This document shows, one piece after another, positions 29,514 through 40,703 of a stretch of DNA of 64,000 bases (positions are counted from its first letter, which is position 1; the number at the start of each line of letters is the position of its first letter). The notes beneath the pieces were generated by a model. That model worked only from the letters and a program-made list of their open reading frames with translations. It was not told the DNA's origin and did not search any database. Source of the DNA: Thermodesulfobacteriota bacterium (GTDB lineage: Bacteria; Desulfobacterota; Desulfobulbia; Desulfobulbales; SURF-16); assembly GCA_040755455.1 (NCBI GenBank), contig JBFMAY010000005.1:49990-113989 (forward strand), written 5' to 3'. The translations under genes were made by a program, and so were the position numbers.

Positions 29514-29561
29514 CAGCAGGGTGACGGCGGTCCACCAAGAATATGAGGAAGGTCGTGGAAA

Positions 29562-30962
29562 ATGGCTAAGAAAGTAATGATCGTTGATGACGAGGCCAGC
29601 ATCAGGGAGTCTTTGGCCGGCATTTTGTCTGATGAGGGATTTCTCCCCGTGCCGGTTGAGTCTGCGGAAAAGGCCTTTGAGGTGCTGCAGCAGGAGAAGA
29701 TCAACCTGGTACTGCTTGACATCTGGATGCCGGCCATGGATGGCCTGGAGGCCCTGCCCCGCATCAAGGAACAGTTTCCCCTTCTGCCGGTCATCATGAT
29801 ATCCGGCCACGGCAACATTGAAACGGCGGTGCAGGCCACCAAAATGGGCGCCTTTGATTTCATCGAAAAACCGCCGTCATATGACAAAATTGTCCTGTCC
29901 ATCAATAACGCCCTGCTCGTTTCCGATCTGGAAGAGGAAAATCTCATCCTCAAAGAGAAGAACGAGAAGAAATGGAAGATGACCGGCGGTTCGCCGGCAA
30001 TCATCAATGTCAGGCAGCAACTGGAACGGGTGGCACCGACGGATGCCTGGGTGCTCATCCGCGGCGAGCACGGCACGGGCAAGGAACTGGCGGCCCAGAT
30101 GATCCACCGTTTGTCGGCCTCATCTGAAAAACCGATGATTGAAGTAAATTGCGCGGCGATCCCGGAAGAGCTCATAGAAAGCGAGCTGTTTGGCCATGAA
30201 AAGGGATCTTTCACCGGTGCCACCGCCAGCAGGCGGGGCAAGTTTGACCAGGCGGACGGCGGGATTCTTTTTCTCGATGAAATCGGTGACATGAGCCTGA
30301 AAACCCAGGCAAAAATTCTGCGGATTTTGCAGGAGCAGAAGTTTGAAAGGGTGGGAGGGACTAAAACCATTTCAGTTAATGTGCGGGTGCTGGCCGCTAC
30401 CAATAAAAATCTGGAGCAGGAAATCGAACAGGGCAACTTCCGGGCTGATCTGTTCTGGCGGCTCAATGTCGTGCCCATCTATATGCCGCCGCTCAGGGAA
30501 CGGCTGGAGGACCTGCCTTTACTGGTGGAAGAGCTGCTGGTTGAATTTTCCCGGAAAGGGCTGGGGAAAAAGGAATTCACTCCCGGGGCGCTGCAGCTGA
30601 TGAGCTGCCATAGCTGGCCGGGCAATGTGCGGGAATTGCGTAATTTTGTTGAACGGGTGGCCATCATGATCCCCCAGGAGATCATCACGGAGCAAATGAT
30701 CGCCCCCATGCTGCCGATTGATGCCCGGGCACTGGAGCAATTTCATGCTGACCGGGGAAAAAATCCCGCCCCGCAGTCTCATCAAGGATTTGAAGCCTCT
30801 TTCAAGGAGGCCAAAAGGATTTTTGAAAAGGAGTATCTGGAGGAAAAGTTGAAGGAAAATGACGGGAATATTTCCCAGACCGCGGAACAAGTCGGCCTGG
30901 AGCGGAGTCATTTACACAAGAAATTAAAAGCGTTGGGTATTGAAGTCAAACTTGAAAATTGA
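29562..30962 (+). CDS. ntrX: NtrX-like sigma-54-dependent response regulator
   Basis: REC domain, GEHGTGKE, ESELFGHEKGSFTGA, FLDEIGDM, WPGNVREL, Fis-type HTH. Confidence 0.88.
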   Translation: MAKKVMIVDDEASIRESLAGILSDEGFLPVPVESAEKAFEVLQQEKINLVLLDIWMPAMDGLEALPRIKEQFPLLPVIMISGHGNIETAVQATKMGAFDFIEKPPSYDKIVLSINNALLVSDLEEENLILKEKNEKKWKMTGGSPAIINVRQQLERVAPTDAWVLIRGEHGTGKELAAQMIHRLSASSEKPMIEVNCAAIPEELIESELFGHEKGSFTGATASRRGKFDQADGGILFLDEIGDMSLKTQAKILRILQEQKFERVGGTKTISVNVRVLAATNKNLEQEIEQGNFRADLFWRLNVVPIYMPPLRERLEDLPLLVEELLVEFSRKGLGKKEFTPGALQLMSCHSWPGNVRELRNFVERVAIMIPQEIITEQMIAPMLPIDARALEQFHADRGKNPAPQSHQGFEASFKEAKRIFEKEYLEEKLKENDGNISQTAEQVGLERSHLHKKLKALGIEVKLEN

Positions 30963-31134
30963 TACCCTGATGGCAGGCCCCTGCCGGCATCCTGATTTTT
31001 TTTATGCAATCCCCGGCGGGTGGCGGGCACTTTCATGTTATGTTACGTGATTACCTTGGTGTCTGCCACAGGTCCTGACAGGGCACCCCGGGCTGTTGGC
31101 GGTACCCTTAAAATTCTACCTTGAAGAATCACTA

Positions 31135-32886
31135 ATGGCTGACGATAATCTCCCCAATCTTCCCAATCAAAAGGATCTTGAAAAGGAAATCGCTGACTAT
31201 TTAAGCAGGAAATACGGAGGACAGGTTAAGATCGTTTCCACCGGTTTTTTACCCCATCCTGAAAAGAAGGGCGAAAAGAAACAGAAAATTGCCACGCAGA
31301 AGAAGACGCCCTTTCATTTTGATCTGAAACCTGAAGAGCTTGCCGCCTATCTTGATGAATATGTCATCCGGCAGGATGATGCCAAGGCGATTCTCGCCAC
31401 CAAGATCTGTACCCATTTCAACCGTATCCGCCACGAGTCGGAAAAGCCGAGGACCCAGGCGGCCGGCCGGATCAAGAGCAATGTTCTGCTCATCGGACCA
31501 ACCGGTGTCGGCAAGACCTATCTGATCAAACTCATTGCCCGGCATATCGGGGTGCCTTTTGTCAAAGGTGATGCCACCAAGTTCAGTGAGACAGGCTATG
31601 TCGGCGGTGATGTCGAGGATCTGGTGCGGGATCTGGTCAGAGAGGCTGATGGCGACATTGACCGGGCCCAGTATGGCATCATCTATGTGGATGAAATTGA
31701 TAAGATCGCCTCATCGCCTTTCCGCATTGGCGCCGACGTGTCACGCACCGGCGTGCAGCGGGCTTTCTTAAAGCCCATGGAGGAGACCGAAGTTGAGATG
31801 AAGGTGTCCCATGATCCCATTTCCCAGCTCGAGGCCATGGAGCATTACCGGGCCACGGGCAAGCGGGAAAAAAGGGTCATCAACACCAGAAATATCCTCT
31901 TTATCATGAGTGGCGCCTTTTCCGGATTGGAAAAGACCATCAAGAAGAGGGTGCAGCAGCAATCCATTGGTTTTGAAAAAACCATCTCTTCCGGCCGGGA
32001 AGATACCCGGCTTCTCAAACAGGTCAAGGCCGAGGATCTGATTGACTTCGGTTTTGAAAGCGAGTTTGTCGGCCGCTTGCCCGTGGTCGCCGTGCTTGAT
32101 GAGTTAGGGGAAGAAGATCTTTACCAGATTCTGATCAACCCGAACAGCCCGGTTGTCGTGGCAAAAAAACAGGATTTCGCCGCCTATGGCATTCATCTGC
32201 AGTTTGAGGAGGATGCCCTGCGGGTGATTGCCGCCAAAGCGGTCAAGGAACGGACCGGGGCTCGGGGTTTGGTCAGCGTCATGGAGCACGTGTTGCTGCA
32301 CTTTGAAAAAACACTGCCCTCTTCGACGGTGCGCTATCTTGTTGTTTCTCCGGAGCTGGTGGAAAATCCTCTGCAGCAGCTCCAGATTCTCCTGGCCGAT
32401 GCGAGCGTCCAGGAATCACAGCGGATCCGCTATCATGAATTCATGGCCCATGAATTCGCCAGGATTGTCAGCTTTATCCGGGAAAAACAGGAAAATCTGT
32501 TGAAGGCGGAACATGTTACTCCCTCGGAAGGGAGGCTCGAACTGCTGGCCCATCAGTGCCAGACGCAAATCATCGATCCCCGGGATGCCTGTAAGGAATT
32601 TATCGTCCTTGTCCGGCAGATCCGCGAATGTGCAAAGCTCATTTCCGAAGAATATGGGCTGCAGGTCAGCTTTGCTGATGAGGCGATTGACCTGATTGTG
32701 GTACATGCATCATGGAATCAGACGGGAGTTGTCGAACGTTGCGAAGAGATTTTTAATTCATTTGAGTATGGTCTCAAGCTCATCCAGCAGAGAAACGATG
32801 TCAATGATATTCTGATCACCGCCAAGGGGGTGGAAAATCCCGATCTTTTCATCAATGACCTGGTGGCGGAGATATTCCGTTTGTAA
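31135..32886 (+). CDS. ClpX-like AAA+ ATPase without N-terminal zinc finger, with C-terminal extension
   Basis: KSNVLLIGPTGVGKT, DATKFSETGYVGGDVE, IIYVDEIDKI, DVSRTGVQ, IGF loop, TGARGL. Confidence 0.85.
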   Translation: MADDNLPNLPNQKDLEKEIADYLSRKYGGQVKIVSTGFLPHPEKKGEKKQKIATQKKTPFHFDLKPEELAAYLDEYVIRQDDAKAILATKICTHFNRIRHESEKPRTQAAGRIKSNVLLIGPTGVGKTYLIKLIARHIGVPFVKGDATKFSETGYVGGDVEDLVRDLVREADGDIDRAQYGIIYVDEIDKIASSPFRIGADVSRTGVQRAFLKPMEETEVEMKVSHDPISQLEAMEHYRATGKREKRVINTRNILFIMSGAFSGLEKTIKKRVQQQSIGFEKTISSGREDTRLLKQVKAEDLIDFGFESEFVGRLPVVAVLDELGEEDLYQILINPNSPVVVAKKQDFAAYGIHLQFEEDALRVIAAKAVKERTGARGLVSVMEHVLLHFEKTLPSSTVRYLVVSPELVENPLQQLQILLADASVQESQRIRYHEFMAHEFARIVSFIREKQENLLKAEHVTPSEGRLELLAHQCQTQIIDPRDACKEFIVLVRQIRECAKLISEEYGLQVSFADEAIDLIVVHASWNQTGVVERCEEIFNSFEYGLKLIQQRNDVNDILITAKGVENPDLFINDLVAEIFRL

Positions 32887-32929
32887 TTCATTGTAAAACC
32901 TTGAACTCTTTTTCCCGGAGGAAATGTAA

Positions 32930-33904
32930 ATGGTCTTTCCAGATTATCGTCCCCGCAGATTCCGGCGCAACGCCCAGTTGCGTTCTTTGATCCGCGAAAC
33001 CCGCCTGTCGGCCGAGCAGTTCATCTATCCTCTTTTTATCATGCCCGGCAAGGGACTGAAAGAGGAGGTGCCCTCCATGCCCGGAGTTTTCCGCATGTCG
33101 GTCGATCAGCTCGGCAAAGAGGCCAAAGAGCTTATGGAGCTGGGCCTGAACCACGTGATTCTGTTCGGCCTGCCTGAGAAAAAGGATCCCATGGGCTCGG
33201 GGGCCCATGCCAAGGACGGCATCATCCAGAAGGCCATCAAGGAACTCAAGAACAAGGCGCCGGAACTGATGGTGACCACCGATGTCTGTCTCTGTGAATA
33301 CACCAGCCATGGCCATTGCGGTGTGCTGATCAACAAACAGGTCGACAATGATGCAACCCTGGAGATCCTGGGCCAGGTGGCGCTTTCCCATGCCAAGGCC
33401 GGCGCCGATATCGTCGCCCCATCCGACATGATGGACGGCCGGGTGGCGGAAATCCGGGGAATGCTCGATGAGAATGGTTTTGACATGGTGCCCATCATGT
33501 CCTATGCGGTCAAATACGCCTCGGCCTTTTACGGGCCTTTCCGGGACGCGGCGGAATGCGCCCCCCAGGAGGGCGACCGCCAGGGGTATCAGATGGACCC
33601 GGCCAATAGCCGGGAGGCCCTGCGCGAGGCCACCCTTGATGTGGATGAGGGGGCGGACATCCTCATGGTAAAACCCGCCGTGGCCTATCTGGATATCATC
33701 AGAAGTCTGCGGGAGGAATTCGACCTGCCCATTGCCGCATACCATGTGAGCGGCGAGTATGCCATGATCAAGGCCGCCGCCCAGCGGGGGTGGATTGACG
33801 GGGAGAGGGTAATGGCCGAGACCCTGCTGTCCATCCACCGGGCCGGAGCTGACATCATTATCACTTACGGGGCAAAGGAGATGGCCCGAATGCTGAATGG
33901 CTGA
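32930..33904 (+). CDS. hemB: Porphobilinogen synthase
   Basis: [47 protein letters not shown]. Confidence 0.97.
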   Translation: MVFPDYRPRRFRRNAQLRSLIRETRLSAEQFIYPLFIMPGKGLKEEVPSMPGVFRMSVDQLGKEAKELMELGLNHVILFGLPEKKDPMGSGAHAKDGIIQKAIKELKNKAPELMVTTDVCLCEYTSHGHCGVLINKQVDNDATLEILGQVALSHAKAGADIVAPSDMMDGRVAEIRGMLDENGFDMVPIMSYAVKYASAFYGPFRDAAECAPQEGDRQGYQMDPANSREALREATLDVDEGADILMVKPAVAYLDIIRSLREEFDLPIAAYHVSGEYAMIKAAAQRGWIDGERVMAETLLSIHRAGADIIITYGAKEMARMLNG

Positions 33905-33931
33905 CCATCGCCCTGTAAAAAAGAAAACAGG

Positions 33932-33975
33932 CCGGCTATGACTGCTTGAGCAAAGCTGCCATAGCCGGTTTTTTT
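33932..33975 (+). terminator. Rho-independent terminator after hemB
   Basis: CCGGCTATG...CATAGCCGG followed by T7. Confidence 0.75.
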
Positions 33976-34026
33976 ATTACGGCAGCGGGCAGGAATTTGC
34001 GATTTTTTTTGCTAATGGAGGGGCGG

Positions 34027-34575
34027 ATGATGGATGTGAGCGAGGCAATCAAAGGGCGAAGAAGTATCCGCAGGTTTAAAAACCAGGATGTCTCCGGTGA
34101 GCAGCTGGCAAAGCTTCTTGCCGCGGTGCGCTGGGCGCCCTCCTGGGGCAACTCCCAGTGCTGGGAGATCATTGTGGTCCGTGACCGGGCAAACAAGCAG
34201 CAACTGCATAACGCTCTCAGCCCAAGAAACCCGGCACGTCCTGCCGTGACCGATGCCCCGGTGGTGCTGGTGCTGGGGGCGGCAATGAAGAAGTCTGGCC
34301 ACTACAAAGGTGAAAGTCTTACCCGATTTACCGAGTGGTTCATGTATGATCTGGGCCTGGCCACCCAGAACCTCTGTCTCACCGCCCACAGCCTCGGCCT
34401 CGGTTCGGTTGTTGCCGGGGCCTTTGACCATGACCGGGTAAAGGAAATTCTCGGCGTGCCGGCAGGATATGAGGTGGTGACCATGATCCCGATCGGCTAT
34501 CCTGACCATGAACCTTCAGCCCCGAAAAGGAAGGAGACAGCAGAGTTTACCCATTATGAACACTTCTCCCGCTGA
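34027..34575 (+). CDS. Nitroreductase family protein
   Basis: RRSIRRF, APSWGNSQCW, NLCLTAHSLGLGS, IPIGYP; GGAGG RBS. Confidence 0.92.
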   Translation: MMDVSEAIKGRRSIRRFKNQDVSGEQLAKLLAAVRWAPSWGNSQCWEIIVVRDRANKQQLHNALSPRNPARPAVTDAPVVLVLGAAMKKSGHYKGESLTRFTEWFMYDLGLATQNLCLTAHSLGLGSVVAGAFDHDRVKEILGVPAGYEVVTMIPIGYPDHEPSAPKRKETAEFTHYEHFSR

Positions 34576-34591
34576 GGCTTTTGCCATCGCC

Positions 34592-35236
34592 TTATTCAAA
34601 CTGTTTTCTGAAGGCAAGGAAGGCGGCTTTCAGGTCCTGCAGCTCCTGCTGCAGCAGGGTGATTTCCTGCTCCAGTTTCTCCAGGCGTTCATCCTGCCGC
34701 TCCTGCCGGACGGGTGTGTGTTCTGCAGGCAGACCGGGCAGCGCTGTTTGGGGTTCGCCTGACAGCAGATGCATGAACCGGCATTCCTTGCGTCCGGGCT
34801 GCTTGGCCAGCCTGGTCAGCAAGCCCATTTCGTTCAGATCGTCAAGCTTTGCCTCCACCTCCGCAATGTCATTGAATTGATAAAGTCGTTCCGTTCTGCC
34901 CCGCAGTTCCCCTGCTGTCTGGGGGCCGCGCAGGAGAAGCAGGCAGATGAGCGCAGCCTCTTTATCAAGCAGATTGTTCTTGGTGACGAAGTTCTCTTCA
35001 TATTTGGTTACCCGGGAAGCATCGCTCTGCAGGGCCAGCCGTTTTTCCTTCAGGCGGCTGAGCGCTCCGATGACGGTGGCCTCATCATAGTTGACCACCG
35101 GTTCCCGGTTTGACTTCTGGTTGCAGGCATTCACCAGGGCATTGAGAGATAGGGGGTAATATTCAGGGGTTGCCATCTCCTTTTCCAGCAGGCAGCCCAG
35201 CACCCTGACTTCCACATCGTCCAGCAGTTCTTCCAT
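34592..35236 (-). CDS. YceH/DUF480 family protein
   Basis: RVLGCLLEKE.ATPEYYPLSLNAL.NACNQKSNREPV, LLLRGPQT.GELR.R, PG.KE.R..HL. Confidence 0.92.
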   Translation of the reverse strand: MEELLDDVEVRVLGCLLEKEMATPEYYPLSLNALVNACNQKSNREPVVNYDEATVIGALSRLKEKRLALQSDASRVTKYEENFVTKNNLLDKEAALICLLLLRGPQTAGELRGRTERLYQFNDIAEVEAKLDDLNEMGLLTRLAKQPGRKECRFMHLLSGEPQTALPGLPAEHTPVRQERQDERLEKLEQEITLLQQELQDLKAAFLAFRKQFE

Positions 35237-35448
35237 ATCAATTCTCCTTGCAGACCGGATAACATTTTTGTACTCACACAGCAACCGGCTCCGCAGGATT
35301 TCATGTTCAGAAGAAAGCCCTGCGATATTTTAAGCCGGCAAGACAAAAAACAGTTCATGATACATGCAAAAAATATTTCATGCCACAGGCTTTCCTCTTC
35401 TTGGCTTGCCTGCACAAGGCGGTAATCGATTCTGGACGGCGTGCCGCT

Positions 35449-36582
35449 TCAGTTTGCGGAGCTGCTGCGCCTTAGCTCAAACAGGGTGATTTCCGGCGGA
35501 GACAGGACCCGCATGGGCGGCCCCCACGTGCCGGTGCCGCGGCTGACGTACAGCCGGGAGCCGGAAGCAAGGTGATAGAGTCCGTCCTGCCGGGGGTATT
35601 TGAGGCTCGAGAGGAAATTGAAGGGAAATATCTGCCCCCGGTGGGTATGGCCGGAGAGCTGCAGATCAAAGAGTTGCGGGCCATCCTCGCTGACGGTGGG
35701 ACGATGTTTGAGGAAAATGGTGAAGAGCCCCGATGCGTGGGCCTGCAGAATGGCGTTTTCATCCACGGCCTTATGGTGGATCTGTTCATCATCGATGCCG
35801 ACCAGCCCGACCACTCCGCCGACGCCTAAGCCGGTATTGCGCAGCACCGTAAAACCGCTGCGCTGCAGGAAGTCGAGGGTCTGGCTGAGCCCGGCATACA
35901 TTTCATGGTTGCCGAGTATGGCAAATTTCCCCAGGGGCGGGGCAATCTCCCGCCACATGCTGCTCAGGCCATCCAGATGGTTGATCTGGGCATCAACCAC
36001 ATCACCGGTGGCAACCAGCAGGTCGGGTTTGAGTTCTTTGAGCCGGGCGATAACCGGCTCAAGAAAGGCCCCGCGGTTGAGCAGGCCGAGATGGAGATCC
36101 GAGATGTGGACGACCCGTACAAGCTCTGTCCCGGCCGGCAGTTTGTCAGTGGTGATGGGAACGGTGACCGTGTGGATATTTTTTGCCTCATTATAGCCAT
36201 AGACGCCGGTGGCCAGCGTCATGAGGAGAACGGCCGCGGCAGTGAGCGGTCCGTGCAGGGGCAGGCGGGGCAGGCCGGCGGTGATGAGGTGCAGCAGCCG
36301 GGAAAAGAGTTCGACCAGGCCGATTGCCGCAAACATGCTGCAGGCGAGGAAAAGCAGCCCCATCCAGATAAAGCCGGTCAGCGCCAGCAGCCGGGCGGTC
36401 TGGGGACTGCCGCCTGCGTCAAGCAGCCGCACCGCAAACGGGGCGATAATCATCAAAAACATCCACAGCAGCACGGCGGCGGTAAGATACCGATGGCCGG
36501 CCAGCAGGGGGTGGATGCCCCGGAAAACCAGGCCATGCATGGCGGTATAGATGGAAACGGCAACAGCAAGGAAAAGGATCAT
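35449..36582 (-). CDS. Membrane-bound metallophosphoesterase (YkuE-like)
   Basis: SDLH, TGD, GNHE, KHRP, SGHTHRGQ, SRGTGTWGPPMR; N-terminal TMs. Confidence 0.92.
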   Translation of the reverse strand: MILFLAVAVSIYTAMHGLVFRGIHPLLAGHRYLTAAVLLWMFLMIIAPFAVRLLDAGGSPQTARLLALTGFIWMGLLFLACSMFAAIGLVELFSRLLHLITAGLPRLPLHGPLTAAAVLLMTLATGVYGYNEAKNIHTVTVPITTDKLPAGTELVRVVHISDLHLGLLNRGAFLEPVIARLKELKPDLLVATGDVVDAQINHLDGLSSMWREIAPPLGKFAILGNHEMYAGLSQTLDFLQRSGFTVLRNTGLGVGGVVGLVGIDDEQIHHKAVDENAILQAHASGLFTIFLKHRPTVSEDGPQLFDLQLSGHTHRGQIFPFNFLSSLKYPRQDGLYHLASGSRLYVSRGTGTWGPPMRVLSPPEITLFELRRSSSAN

Positions 36583-36603
36583 AGGCTCAGGTTGGCAGTT
36601 GCT

Positions 36604-38190
36604 TTAACTGAAGAGGGCGAAAACCTTGTCAATGAATTGCTCTTTGCTGAACGGTTTGGTGATGAAATCGGAAACGCCGGCCTGTCGTGCCAGCTCCGTC
36701 TGTGATTTTTCCGACTCGGTGCTGGCCATGAGAATAGGGATATCCAGTTTCAGGGAGTTGCGGATTTCCTTCACCAGCTCAACCCCGTCCATATTGGGCA
36801 TGTTGAGGTCCGTGACCAGCAGGTCGACCCGCTGTCCTGACTTGAGCAGATCAAAGGCCTGCTGGCCGTCCTCCGCCGTGGTCAGGCAGACATTCCTGCC
36901 GGCCAGGGCGGAGGTATAGAAAAAGAGCATGGCCTTGGAATCGTCGGCGGCCAGGATGAATTTTTCTCCTGCCCCCTGAGCGCCGATCTCCAGTTTTTTC
37001 AGCAGCGCCGCGGCCTTTTCCCCGGCCATGGAAGTCAGTAACTCCTTGAAAAAGGTGATGGACTCGCGGTTGTGACTTGCCGCCAGTATGTCGATCAGTT
37101 CATCGAGAAATCCGCCATCCTGAAAAACGGCGGTAAACAGTTTGCCGGCCCTGGTGGCCACCAGGGCGGCCAGGATTCTTGCCCGCTGGCCGGCATCTTT
37201 GTGCAAGGCCTCGATGAGGGCCTTGGCCACCCCGGGATTGTATATGTCGTTGAGCGCGGTGATCACCGCGATAAGGATTATCTCGTCGCTCTCTGCCAGT
37301 CCGTCCGTCAGGCCGACGATGCTGCGCATGGAGGGGATGCGGCCAAGGGCCTCGTAGGCGGCGAATTTCAGATTGGCGTCAATAGCCTCATGGGAGTCGA
37401 GCAGGTCGGTGATGATATTGGCGCCGTTTTTGTGACCGATGAGGCCGATGATGTTGGCCGTCATGATCTTTTCATCCTTGTCGCCGGTGGACAGAACCCC
37501 GGCAAGCAAAGGCAGTGCAGCTTCACCGGCCTTGATCACCTGTTGATGAACGATTTTGCGGATGGTCGGATTGTGGTTATGGATATGGGAGATGAGGAAG
37601 GCGATGGTTTTTTCATCAGTGAATCCACCGAGCTTGGCAAAGGCAAGCCCTACTCCCAGGCACTCGTCCGTCCTGCCGTCCGGGCAGACTGACGATATAT
37701 AGCTGCAGAGGGCGTCACGGCCCCGGGCCTCGCCGCTGCTGGCGGCCTTGTCCATGGCCAGTCCGGCAATGGTGGCATCCTGATGGTGAATATAGGGCAG
37801 GAGAATGTCGAGAATCTCCGGCGCCTCCATTTTAGCCAGGGAACGCACGGTTTCCGTGAGCAGTTCCGTTTCATGGCCGCTGGCCTGCAGGAGCTCCACC
37901 AGCCGGGGCCGGGCCCCATCGATATGGTTTTCGCCGGCGGCCTTGACGCACAGCCTCCTCACCCGGGGCGAACCGTGGTCAAGCCCGGCGAGAATGGCGG
38001 CCTCCCGGCCCTTGAGCAGACTGATCAGGGCATGATAGACCATTTCGTCCACCGCCACGTCCGCCAGGGGGACTGCGTATATCTCAAACAGGGCGGGGAT
38101 GGCTTCATGCTGACCGTTTGCCTGGATTTCATCCAGGATGGTGATCTGTTCGATCATGTCCTTGCCGGAAAAATTCTGCAGTATATCCAT
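36604..38190 (-). CDS. HEAT-repeat protein with C-terminal CheY-like receiver domain
   Basis: Helical HEAT-like repeats; REC motifs ADDS, TDLNMPNMDG, ST, FITKPF. Confidence 0.85.
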   Translation of the reverse strand: MDILQNFSGKDMIEQITILDEIQANGQHEAIPALFEIYAVPLADVAVDEMVYHALISLLKGREAAILAGLDHGSPRVRRLCVKAAGENHIDGARPRLVELLQASGHETELLTETVRSLAKMEAPEILDILLPYIHHQDATIAGLAMDKAASSGEARGRDALCSYISSVCPDGRTDECLGVGLAFAKLGGFTDEKTIAFLISHIHNHNPTIRKIVHQQVIKAGEAALPLLAGVLSTGDKDEKIMTANIIGLIGHKNGANIITDLLDSHEAIDANLKFAAYEALGRIPSMRSIVGLTDGLAESDEIILIAVITALNDIYNPGVAKALIEALHKDAGQRARILAALVATRAGKLFTAVFQDGGFLDELIDILAASHNRESITFFKELLTSMAGEKAAALLKKLEIGAQGAGEKFILAADDSKAMLFFYTSALAGRNVCLTTAEDGQQAFDLLKSGQRVDLLVTDLNMPNMDGVELVKEIRNSLKLDIPILMASTESEKSQTELARQAGVSDFITKPFSKEQFIDKVFALFS

Positions 38191-38208
38191 AGTGTCCTCA
38201 CTATTCTG

Positions 38209-39282
38209 TTAATTTCGTTGGGCAACGATTCTGGCTGCCAGCTCGGCAAGGGGCACGATCTCGTCCACCGCGCCCAGCTTGATGGCCACCTGGGGCATGC
38301 CGAAGACAACGCAGCTCTCTTCGTTCTGGGCAATGGTTTTTGCCCCGGCCTCTTTCATCTCCAGCAGTCCCTTGGCCCCGTCATCACCCATGCCGGTCAT
38401 GATGATGCCAGTGGCATTCTTGCCGGCATAACGGGCGGTGGAGCGGAAAAGAACATCAACCGAGGGGCGGTGGCGGCAGACCAGCGGGCCGTCCTTGACC
38501 TCCACATAATAGCGGGCTCCGCTCCGTTGCAGCAGGGTGTGCTTGTTGCCGGGGGCAATCAGCACCTGTCCCTGCAGCACCGTGTCGCCGTTTTCCGCCT
38601 CCTTGACCCGGACCTGGCACAGCTCGTCAAGCCTCTTGGCAAAGGCCTTGGTAAAACCTTCCGGCATGTGCTGGACCACGATAATACCCGGAATGTCAAC
38701 GGGAAGCTTGGTCAGCACTTTTTTCAATGCCTCGGTGCCGCCGGTTGAGGCGCCGATTGCCACCACCCTCTCGGTGGTCTTGACCATTGCCGCTTTTTTG
38801 GCAGGAGCGATAACCGCATCGGCGGAGAGTTTCTTCGCTGGCCGATAAGTGGCCTTGGTTGCAGGAATTTTTTTGACCTGCACCTTGGCGGCGGCCTTCA
38901 CGCTGTCGCAGATGAGGATTTTTGATTCTTCGATAAATTGTCTGGCCCCAAGCTTTGGTTTGGTGATGATGTTGACCGCCCCGTACTCAAGGGCCCGGAT
39001 GGTGGTCTCCTCCCCCTTTTCCGTGAGGCTTGAGCACATAACCACCGGAATGGGGTGCTGGCTCATGAGTTTGCCTAAAAAGGTCAGGCCGTCCATGCGC
39101 GGCATTTCCACGTCCAGGGTTATGACGTCCGGTTTTTCCTTTTCGATCCTCTCGGCTGCGACAAAGGGATCACCGGCCGGGTTCATGACCTCGATCAGCG
39201 GATCGGAACGCAGCACCTCACTTAAGGCCTGGCGGACCACCGCTGAATCATCAATTATGAGAACTTTGATTTTCCGGGGCAT
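38209..39282 (-). CDS. cheB: Chemotaxis methylesterase CheB
   Basis: REC plus [35 protein letters not shown]. Confidence 0.96.
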   Translation of the reverse strand: MPRKIKVLIIDDSAVVRQALSEVLRSDPLIEVMNPAGDPFVAAERIEKEKPDVITLDVEMPRMDGLTFLGKLMSQHPIPVVMCSSLTEKGEETTIRALEYGAVNIITKPKLGARQFIEESKILICDSVKAAAKVQVKKIPATKATYRPAKKLSADAVIAPAKKAAMVKTTERVVAIGASTGGTEALKKVLTKLPVDIPGIIVVQHMPEGFTKAFAKRLDELCQVRVKEAENGDTVLQGQVLIAPGNKHTLLQRSGARYYVEVKDGPLVCRHRPSVDVLFRSTARYAGKNATGIIMTGMGDDGAKGLLEMKEAGAKTIAQNEESCVVFGMPQVAIKLGAVDEIVPLAELAARIVAQRN

Positions 39283-39333
39283 GTATCGGTAAGCTTTTGC
39301 GCTTCTTTTCTCAATTAAATGGGACCGAACAGG

Positions 39334-39825
39334 TCACAACCTGCTCAGGTATACGTCGCCGCTGCCGGAGTTGAAGAAGAGTTTATAGCCCTTATGGCCC
39401 CCCACACATTCGGCGACCAGGGGTATTCCCAGACTTTTCAGAACATTTCTGGCCATATCCACATTGGCCGGACCGACTCGTAAGGATGCGCCTGATGCCG
39501 GTGCGCTTTTGGCTGTCATGATGGCGCCGCCGAAAAGTTTGGCCTGCATGCCCTGCAGAGGGAGTCCTGCCTCTTTAAGGGCTTTCATCATCCTGGGCAG
39601 GGTGCTGTCCACATAACGGTAACCCCGGTTTTCGCCGTCGTGGTCGCCCACCGGCAACAGACAATGACACATGGCTCCTGCCCGGTGAACCGGATGGAAG
39701 AGACATACCGTCACACAGGAGCCGAGAATGGTGGTGACAAGTTTGGGTTCCCTGGAGAGAAAAAGATCTCCGGGGTGCAGCCAGACCAGAGGAAGCTGCG
39801 CTATTAAATGCTTTATTTTTTGCAT
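39334..39825 (-). CDS. cheD: Chemoreceptor glutamine deamidase CheD
   Basis: TILGSCVTVC, GAMCHCLLP, AKLFGGA, VG..N, VGG..G. Confidence 0.92.
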   Translation of the reverse strand: MQKIKHLIAQLPLVWLHPGDLFLSREPKLVTTILGSCVTVCLFHPVHRAGAMCHCLLPVGDHDGENRGYRYVDSTLPRMMKALKEAGLPLQGMQAKLFGGAIMTAKSAPASGASLRVGPANVDMARNVLKSLGIPLVAECVGGHKGYKLFFNSGSGDVYLSRL

Positions 39826-40703
39826 TGATATACTGAGGACTCAACCTTAGCGAATTTTTCTTCCATGCCATGCAGGTTTTCCGAATGACCGAGAAACAGG
39901 AAGCCGTTCGGTTGCAGGTTGCCATGGAACTTGTGAAACAGTTGCCTCTGTGTTTGCTGGTCAAAATAGATAATCACGTTTCTGCAGAAAATAATGTCAA
40001 ACGCGGATTTGAATCCGAAATTTCTGTCCATGAGGTTGACACGTTGAAAACAGATCCGCTGCCGCAGTTCCGGGACGATCCGATGATAGCCGGCCTGATT
40101 GCCTTTGCCCTTCATGAAATATCTGAAGAGCAGCATTTTCGGAACAGGGCCTAACGTCTCATCATCATAAGTACCCTGGATTGCCTCATCAAGCACCTGA
40201 TTATTGATGTCGGTTGCCGTAATGGCAAAGCTGAACCATGGATTTTGCCGCTGGTATTCAGCCAGAACCATGGCCAGCGTATAGGGCTCTTCCCCGCTGG
40301 AACAGCCGGCGCTCCATACCCGGAAAATCCTGCCGGCGCTCTGCCGCAGCTCCGGCGCCATGTGGGGCAGCAGGTTGCGGGACAGGAAATCAAAATGGGC
40401 CTTTTCCCGGAAGAAATCGGTTTTGTTGGTGCTGACGGCATCAATGAGCTGGCTCCACTCATTATGGCGTCCCGCCGGACTCATGACATAGTCAATATAT
40501 TCTTTAAAAGACGGATAGCCGAGCGTTTTGAGGCGCTTCCTCAGCCGGGAACTGACCATCGTCTTTTTCGCCAGGGGCAGATTGATGCCCCATTGGTCAT
40601 AGATAAGGCTGCTCAACCTGCGGAATTCCTTGTCAGAGAGCAGCAGCGCATATTCGTCGGTCAGATCGGCCAGGCTGATTTTTCCGCTACTGTCGGCGAA
40701 CAT
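39813..40703 (-). CDS. cheR: Chemotaxis methyltransferase CheR
   Basis: TNKTDFFRE, WSAGCSSGEEPY, ATDI, FDIIFCRNVIIYFD, FLGHSE. Confidence 0.95.
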   Translation of the reverse strand: MFADSSGKISLADLTDEYALLLSDKEFRRLSSLIYDQWGINLPLAKKTMVSSRLRKRLKTLGYPSFKEYIDYVMSPAGRHNEWSQLIDAVSTNKTDFFREKAHFDFLSRNLLPHMAPELRQSAGRIFRVWSAGCSSGEEPYTLAMVLAEYQRQNPWFSFAITATDINNQVLDEAIQGTYDDETLGPVPKMLLFRYFMKGKGNQAGYHRIVPELRQRICFQRVNLMDRNFGFKSAFDIIFCRNVIIYFDQQTQRQLFHKFHGNLQPNGFLFLGHSENLHGMEEKFAKVESSVYQCKK

